Below, piece after piece: positions 58,332 through 64,000 of a stretch of DNA of 64,000 nt. The notes beneath the pieces are model-generated. The model ran no database searches and was not told the origin of the DNA. It saw only the letters and a program-made list of their open reading frames with translations. Every line of letters begins with the position of its first letter. Position 1 is the stretch's first letter. Both the position numbers and the translations under genes were made by a program. This DNA is from an uncultured Verrucomicrobiae bacterium. Lineage in GTDB: Bacteria > Verrucomicrobiota > Verrucomicrobiia > Chthoniobacterales > UBA10450. The stretch is from positions 544,001 to 608,000 of the forward strand of contig CAVTMK010000002.1 of NCBI GenBank assembly GCA_963735805.1, read 5' to 3'.

Positions 58332-60695
58332 TTGAAAGTTTTATTGTTCGTTTCCTGGCTTGTTGCTGCGGGTTTTTGGAGCGCAATTGTTCCAGCAAAC
58401 GCCATGCCCGCATCCGCTATGCGAAGCGTTGCAGGCGGGGCGCAAGTCAACGTCACCCAGTATCACAATGATAGTGAGCGCAGTGGCCTTTATATCGATT
58501 CGGCCTTCACGCAATCGGCCGCGGCAGATCTGACGCGCGACATGAATTTTGACGGTACAATCGAAGGCAACGTTTATGCGCAGCCACTTTACATTGAGGG
58601 CGGTCCAAACGGCCCAATGATTATTGCGGTGACCGAATCGAATAATGTGTATGCGCTGAATGCCACGACGGGCTCGGTGATTTGGCAAGTAAATGTAGGC
58701 GATCCAGTGCCGGAAAGCGATATCAGCTGTACGGAGGTGGGTTCCATGGGGATTATCGGCACGCCTGTTGTCGATCTTGCTTCGCGGGCGCTGTTTTTGG
58801 ACGCAATGGTCACGCCCGATGGCGGAACAACCATAAAACATTACGTCATTTCACTTAACGTGGACACAGGAGCCATGAATCCAGGCTGGCCCGTAGACGT
58901 GGAGGCGATGGCCACATACAACGGGCTTCAATTCACTGCAGCGATCCAACAGCAACGACCTGCCCTCGCCATCGTGGGCAACATTCTTTATGTCGGGTAT
59001 GGGAGTATGCGGGATTGCGATCTTTATCATGGCTGGCTGGTGGGAGTGCCTATAAATAATCCAGCCAGCGTAACGGCATGGGCGGGTGCCACCGCTCCTG
59101 ACACGCACGGCGCAGCGATATGGGGCCCGGGTGGCATTGCCAGCGATGGCACCAATCCGTTTCCTTTTGTTACTACCGGTAACACTATCAACAGTGGCGG
59201 AACCTGGGGCGGCGGCGAAGCAGTCATTCGCTTCCAACCGGGCCCAATCTTTAGCGAAGATCCCAGCGATTACTGGTCGCCTACCAACTGGTTCGAGCTT
59301 GACGGTCATAACTGGGATCTTGGAAGCTCGGGCCCGTTACTGGTAGATGTGCCGGGCGCAACTCCATCTAGTCTGGTAGTTGCGATGGGCAAAGATGACA
59401 CTGCGTATCTGCTGGATCGCAGTAACCTCGGCGGTATCGCCGATCCGGTAGCATCATTACAGGTCACCGATTGCTGTAACCTTCTCCATCAGGCAGCGGC
59501 GACTTATCGGACGAACCAAAACACGTACGTTGCTTTTCGTCCCCATGGCGCCAGACTCTCGACTTTTCTCATTACTGCGACCAGTCCACCTGCGATCGTT
59601 CTCGGATGGAGTGTGGTCCGGGGCAATGGGGGTTGCGGGTCACCCTTTGTCACCTCGACGGACGGGACTAATAACATGATTGTCTGGACCGTAGGCACCA
59701 GCGGCGATCAGCAATTACACGGTTACGACGGCGATACTGGTAATGTTGTTTATGCCGGTGGCGGCGTGAACGAAACAATGGCGGGCACGCACTCTTACAG
59801 CACTATCGGCATCGTAGCCCGCGGGCGGATCTATGTCGCTACTGATAACAAAGTCTATGCTTTCAAGCTGCCGGGAGGAACGCCAACACCTACTCCGACT
59901 CCTACCCCAACCGCAACAGCAACGGCGACGCCTACACCAACAGCAACGCCTAGCGCGACACCGACAGCGACGCCAACCCCTACACCAACGCCGACGGTTA
60001 CGCCTAGCGCAACGCCGACAGCGACACCAACCCCTACAACAACATCAACGCCGACAGCCACTCCTACGGTAACGCCGAGCGCGACACCGACAGCAACACC
60101 TAGCGTGACTCCAATTCCAACGGCTACTCCGACACCAATAGTTACGCCTGTGCCTACAGCTACGCCATTGCCGACGAGTAGTCCTACGGCAAGTCCAACG
60201 CCAACGTCTACCCCAAGAGCAACGCCGAGATCGCGTCCGACACCGCGCGGGCGACCGACACCCGCGCCCCGGCCCGGTGAGCCAATCAGGATCGTGGACA
60301 AAAACGGGCAGGAGGTTCAAGGAGACGGGGCACGGCCAATTCCAACGCCTCGCCCGCGCCCAACCCCGCGGGGCCGTCCTGAGGTACCACCGCATGGGAC
60401 TTTCGATGTCACGGTGGGGCAGGGCTTCGTGTTTGCGCCGGACACACTCAACATTCATGTGGGCGACACAGTTCGGTGGACCTGGGCCAGTAGCGGCCAT
60501 AGTGTTAGCAGCGGCGATCCCTGCACGATCGATGGACAATTTTGTTCGCCTGATAACGTCAATTGCCAGGCTGGAACGCTTTCCAATGCAGGCTCCGTTT
60601 ACGAACGCACTTTTTCTCAGTCTGGCACTTTTTCTTACTTCTGTGCTGCGCACTGCTCGATTGGGATGACCGGCGTGATCAATGTTGCGCCCTAG
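58332..60695 (+). CDS. secreted PQQ-type beta-propeller + Pro/Thr stalk + C-terminal cupredoxin, paralogue 4
   Basis: TTG 58332 aligns with the paralogue 3 start; C-terminal [24 protein letters not shown] type-1 Cu ligand pattern. Confidence 0.82.
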   Translation: MKVLLFVSWLVAAGFWSAIVPANAMPASAMRSVAGGAQVNVTQYHNDSERSGLYIDSAFTQSAAADLTRDMNFDGTIEGNVYAQPLYIEGGPNGPMIIAVTESNNVYALNATTGSVIWQVNVGDPVPESDISCTEVGSMGIIGTPVVDLASRALFLDAMVTPDGGTTIKHYVISLNVDTGAMNPGWPVDVEAMATYNGLQFTAAIQQQRPALAIVGNILYVGYGSMRDCDLYHGWLVGVPINNPASVTAWAGATAPDTHGAAIWGPGGIASDGTNPFPFVTTGNTINSGGTWGGGEAVIRFQPGPIFSEDPSDYWSPTNWFELDGHNWDLGSSGPLLVDVPGATPSSLVVAMGKDDTAYLLDRSNLGGIADPVASLQVTDCCNLLHQAAATYRTNQNTYVAFRPHGARLSTFLITATSPPAIVLGWSVVRGNGGCGSPFVTSTDGTNNMIVWTVGTSGDQQLHGYDGDTGNVVYAGGGVNETMAGTHSYSTIGIVARGRIYVATDNKVYAFKLPGGTPTPTPTPTPTATATATPTPTATPSATPTATPTPTPTPTVTPSATPTATPTPTTTSTPTATPTVTPSATPTATPSVTPIPTATPTPIVTPVPTATPLPTSSPTASPTPTSTPRATPRSRPTPRGRPTPAPRPGEPIRIVDKNGQEVQGDGARPIPTPRPRPTPRGRPEVPPHGTFDVTVGQGFVFAPDTLNIHVGDTVRWTWASSGHSVSSGDPCTIDGQFCSPDNVNCQAGTLSNAGSVYERTFSQSGTFSYFCAAHCSIGMTGVINVAP

Positions 60696-60837
60696 GTAGG
60701 AGCTTATTCATCGGCTACGGGATTCGCTCATGGCGCGACCAGCAGGCCGAGGGGAATGAAAAATGAACGCCCTTCGATTTGCGGTTGAGCCAAAAGGAAA
60801 ACAAAGCCGGGCGCGATCACACCCCAGATCGCCGCGG

Positions 60838-61965
60838 TCAGCGGCGCGCGGCTACGGCAGTTTCGCCTGCGGGCAAGACTTTCGGATTAACGCGATAGGT
60901 CCAATCAGGCGCATGGTTACCTAACGAAGTTAGCTCGTGTAACACAGCGTCTACACGTGCCCGATTTGGTGACAACTCGCAGACCGGGTCTGTGTTCGCT
61001 GCGTTCCCTGTCAGCAATGCGGCCTGACAACGGCAGCCACCAAAATCTATCTCTCTTTGCGGACAACTCTGACATGGCTCGGGCATCCATTCCGTTCCAC
61101 GGAACCGATTGAAACTTTCCGAGTCACGCCAGATCCAATCGAGCGCATGTTCCCTTACATTTTCAAAACGCAAATCCGGAATGGCCGACGAAGCGGTGGG
61201 GCAGGGGAGCACGTCACCGACCGGATTAACGGTGAGATAACGCTGGCCCCAGCCGTTCAGGCACGGTTTGGGCCGTGTTTCGTAATAATCCGGGAGCACA
61301 TAAAAGATGTCGATTTTGCCGGCAAGCCGCGCCTTGGCTGCTACCGCGATTTCGCGGGCGCGAACAGCTTGTTCGCGAGTTGGGAGCAAAGTCGCGCGAT
61401 TAAGAAAAGCCCACCCGTAAAACTGAACGTTGGCCAGCTCAACCCTCTCCGCCTGTAGCAACTCAGCTAGCGCAATCATTTGCGGCAGGCGATCGATGTT
61501 GCGCCGGTGAATGACAAAATTGAGACTCAGCGGAATTCCGGCCGCGCGGATTTTCGCAGCAGCTTCCAGCTTGTGCTGGTGTGCGCGGGCGCCGGCGATT
61601 TCGTCGGCAAGATCGGTGTCGTCCGATTGAAAGCTTAACTGAACTGAGTCCAAGCCCGCATCGCGCAACTCACGCACCCGATCGTCATCCAAGCCGATGC
61701 CACTGGTGATGAGATTGGTGTAAAGATTTGCCTCGCGCGCTGCGCGAATCAAATCGGAGAGATCACGCCTGGCGAGTGGTTCGCCTCCGGAAAAACCAAT
61801 TTGCAATACACCCAGGGCGGCTGACTCACGAATTACGCGGATCCATTCGTTTGTGGTCAATTCCTGATCATTTCGCGCCTGGGTCGGGTTCGAACAGTAC
61901 GGACAATGCAGCGGACACCGATAAGTAATCTCGGCCAACAATGCGTACGGACGAGGTGCGATCAT
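60838..61965 (-). CDS. pqqE: PQQ biosynthesis radical SAM/SPASM enzyme PqqE
   Basis: AEITYRCPLHCPYCSNP, FSGGEPL, ANVQFYGWA and DFGGCRCQA. Confidence 0.96.
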   Translation of the reverse strand: MIAPRPYALLAEITYRCPLHCPYCSNPTQARNDQELTTNEWIRVIRESAALGVLQIGFSGGEPLARRDLSDLIRAAREANLYTNLITSGIGLDDDRVRELRDAGLDSVQLSFQSDDTDLADEIAGARAHQHKLEAAAKIRAAGIPLSLNFVIHRRNIDRLPQMIALAELLQAERVELANVQFYGWAFLNRATLLPTREQAVRAREIAVAAKARLAGKIDIFYVLPDYYETRPKPCLNGWGQRYLTVNPVGDVLPCPTASSAIPDLRFENVREHALDWIWRDSESFNRFRGTEWMPEPCQSCPQREIDFGGCRCQAALLTGNAANTDPVCELSPNRARVDAVLHELTSLGNHAPDWTYRVNPKVLPAGETAVAARR

Positions 61966-62246
61966 GTGAATTCGATCAGCTTGCGTTGTCGCAAGTCCGC
62001 AAGAGTTTCGCGCACGTCGGCGGCAAGCGTTTCAGGATCGACATCGTATTCTTTGGCTAACGCACGGATGACCTCGCTTACCGTTGCTCCATCGCAGCGC
62101 GCAAGGATTTCCTGAGCTGTTTCGTTTAGTTCGAGGACGCCTTCAGGGAACAGTAACACGCTTTTCCCCGTAGTGGCATCAGTTTGCAACCGGACTCCCC
62201 GGGTGAGTCTTGGCTGAGCAGAGCCGTCAATGGTGGGAATTTGCAT
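61962..62246 (-). CDS. pqqD: PqqA-binding chaperone PqqD
   Basis: VLLFPEGVLELNETAQEILARCDG. Confidence 0.93.
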   Translation of the reverse strand: MQIPTIDGSAQPRLTRGVRLQTDATTGKSVLLFPEGVLELNETAQEILARCDGATVSEVIRALAKEYDVDPETLAADVRETLADLRQRKLIEFT

Positions 62247-62945
62247 TTAGGACAAACCGTACGCGTGATGAATCGCGTCCAGCATGGACCAGAGCACATC
62301 GCACTTAAACTCAAGGGCGCGCACCGCGCCGCGCTGCAGCTCCGGCGTATCGCAATAATCCAACGTGATCACAAGCGCCTCATCGGAGTCGCGTCGTGCC
62401 TGGGTTACCCGGCGACGGAAGTAATCAAGGCCGCGCGATTCGATCCAGGAATAATGCTTTTCGAAAGCCGCAAGACGCGCCGCCATCAGATCGGGTGCGA
62501 AGAGTTCCGTGAGCGACGATGCAACGCCGATCGGCCAAGGCTGAGTACGTGCGAGGTTCACATAACCATCAACGGCGAAACGAACGCCGGGTTGCAGTAG
62601 TCGCTCCTGCGTCAACTCGTCGGGCGATAAGCCGCATGCCTGACCCAGGCGCAACCATGCCTCAATGCCACCTTCATTTTCGCGTGTGCCATCATGATCA
62701 AGAATCCGATGAATCCAGACCCGGCGCACTTCGCGCACCGGACAGTTTGAAAGAATCGCGGCGTCCTTGAGCGGAATGTTTCGCTGGTAATAGAAGCGAT
62801 TTGCGGCCCAGCCACGCAACGCCTCCTGAGAAAGCCGGCCTTCATTCATGGCGATGTGGAATGGATGTTTATCGTGGTACGCTCGCGCGCCGATTGCGCG
62901 AAGATTTTGGAGGAAAGTCTCGCGGTCCCAAAGTTCGGTAGTCAT
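62247..62945 (-). CDS. pqqC: PQQ synthase PqqC
   Basis: YHDKHPFH, NRFYYQ..IPLKDAAI, RILDHDG, SSLTELFAP and FKCDVLWSMLD. Confidence 0.96.
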   Translation of the reverse strand: MTTELWDRETFLQNLRAIGARAYHDKHPFHIAMNEGRLSQEALRGWAANRFYYQRNIPLKDAAILSNCPVREVRRVWIHRILDHDGTRENEGGIEAWLRLGQACGLSPDELTQERLLQPGVRFAVDGYVNLARTQPWPIGVASSLTELFAPDLMAARLAAFEKHYSWIESRGLDYFRRRVTQARRDSDEALVITLDYCDTPELQRGAVRALEFKCDVLWSMLDAIHHAYGLS

Positions 62946-63790
62946 ATGACGATCTCCAACCCATCGCGTGCGATCTCAATCCCAGACTGCTTCACATGCG
63001 CGCGTTCCCTGGAGCTGGGCATAAGAATCGGGTTCGTATTGTTTATGTGGGTGTAAAACTTTCGGCGCGCCGGCGATTGATGCAAGAAGTCGAGGCTGCC
63101 ATCGCTAATGGGCAAATGGTTCATCTGTCGCGCGCTACGAGCGCCCGGCCGAATCGTGGCCAGTTCGCCGTCGCTCCAGAAGGTGCCATCGAACAGAACG
63201 ACATCGGATTGGTGAACTGTCTCCCGCAAATCGTCGGTTAATTCACCGACACTGGGCGCGAACATTGCTGTGGCTCCCGAGGTAGTTTCCCGAAATTGAA
63301 ATGCAACACTTCCTGGCAATTCAACCGCTCGAAAAGCCATACAGCCACTAAGCGTTTGAAATTCAGCGCCGATCGTTCGCCATTCGATTCCGCAGAACTT
63401 CCCAAGGACATCGTCAATCCAGCCAAGGGCGGCACGCGTTTTCTCAGCTGCATAAACCGCGAGCGGTGTGTCCCGTTCCCGTAGCAACAATAAACCCAGT
63501 GCATGATCGATGTCGGCATTTGTCAAAAGAACGCCTTCAATTGCGCTGTTGCGTGGCGAATCACGGCGCGGCTGCAACCGCGGCATGCTTTCGACGTGCC
63601 GAGTCAAATCAGGCGATGCGTTGATCAGGAACCAACGGTGAAAACCTTCCGAATCGCCGCTGATGGCGATGCTTGATTGCGTCTGCGGTGTGATTTTTCC
63701 GGCGCGCGCGGCCGCACAATTCGCGCAGGCACAATTCCATTGGGGCAGGCCTCCGCCAGCTGCGCTGCCCAGAATATGAATGCGAATCAA
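62942..63790 (-). CDS. pqqB: PQQ biosynthesis protein PqqB
   Basis: LGSAAGGGLPQWNC, NASPD, DGTFW and HINNTNP. Confidence 0.95.
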   Translation of the reverse strand: MIRIHILGSAAGGGLPQWNCACANCAAARAGKITPQTQSSIAISGDSEGFHRWFLINASPDLTRHVESMPRLQPRRDSPRNSAIEGVLLTNADIDHALGLLLLRERDTPLAVYAAEKTRAALGWIDDVLGKFCGIEWRTIGAEFQTLSGCMAFRAVELPGSVAFQFRETTSGATAMFAPSVGELTDDLRETVHQSDVVLFDGTFWSDGELATIRPGARSARQMNHLPISDGSLDFLHQSPARRKFYTHINNTNPILMPSSRERAHVKQSGIEIARDGLEIVI

Positions 63791-63824
63791 CCCGGAGTCG
63801 TCGGAGTCAGATAATCACGTTCGA

Positions 63825-63914
63825 TCAAACCGCGCCCGCGTAACAGGTGCACTCGAAAAAAATCGGAACGGTTTTCGTCATCGGTTTGATCCACCGCTTT
63901 TTTGTACGTCTCAT
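63825..63914 (-). CDS. pqqA: PQQ precursor peptide PqqA (MRRTKKRWIKPMTKTVPIFFECTCYAGAV)
   Basis: Hand-translated 29-aa ORF 34 nt upstream of pqqB, with WxKP and ExxxY motifs; too short for the ORF track. Confidence 0.9.
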   Translation of the reverse strand: MRRTKKRWIKPMTKTVPIFFECTCYAGAV

Positions 63915-64000
63915 AAGTCAGGTGCTGTCATAGAGCATATGGGCAATTTGGGCAAATTATTTTTTGATAAAACTGATGTCTCCGCTGCGTTCGACTCGGG

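Noticed and set aside
52899..60301. Minus-strand Val/Gly-repeat ORFs (52899-53258, 55298-55660, 57570-57884, 59855-60301)
   Set aside because: Antisense shadows of the Pro/Thr codon repeats

Overview
Bacterial chromosomal window of moderately high GC with about 50 genes. No rRNA, tRNA, CRISPR array, integrase or transposase was seen. Gene content and repeat style suggest a soil Verrucomicrobiota (Chthoniobacterales / Ca. Udaeobacter-like) genome; this is inference only. Layout: (1) ABC exporter end and M28 peptidase; (2) a small integron-type cassette array with attC-like sites but no integrase (2.76-4.54 kb); (3) pit, DUF47 and mgtE transport genes; (4) fadJ-like and acyl-CoA dehydrogenase genes, a C-terminally short ECF sigma factor and a secreted protein with an apparent ACG start; (5) lysine 6-aminotransferase and ALDH7 converging on a minus-strand tricarboxylate operon (HD protein, fused homoaconitase, homoisocitrate-type dehydrogenase, PrpD). 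That operon appears split by a ~26.7-kb block bounded by a 9-bp direct repeat; (6) inside the block, a 20-kb largely translationally coupled tandem array of eight membrane-anchored TolB-N/TPR paralogues, one class III nucleotide cyclase-TPR protein, one anchor-amidohydrolase fusion and two decayed gene starts; (7) four tandem secreted PQQ-type beta-propeller proteins with Pro/Thr stalks and an Arg/Pro tail, the last fused to a cupredoxin, converging on pqqABCDE, including a 29-aa pqqA absent from the ORF track. Short palindromic REP-like elements occur between genes and also in frame inside at least seven coding sequences. Family names come from recognising motifs by eye; no database search was run.
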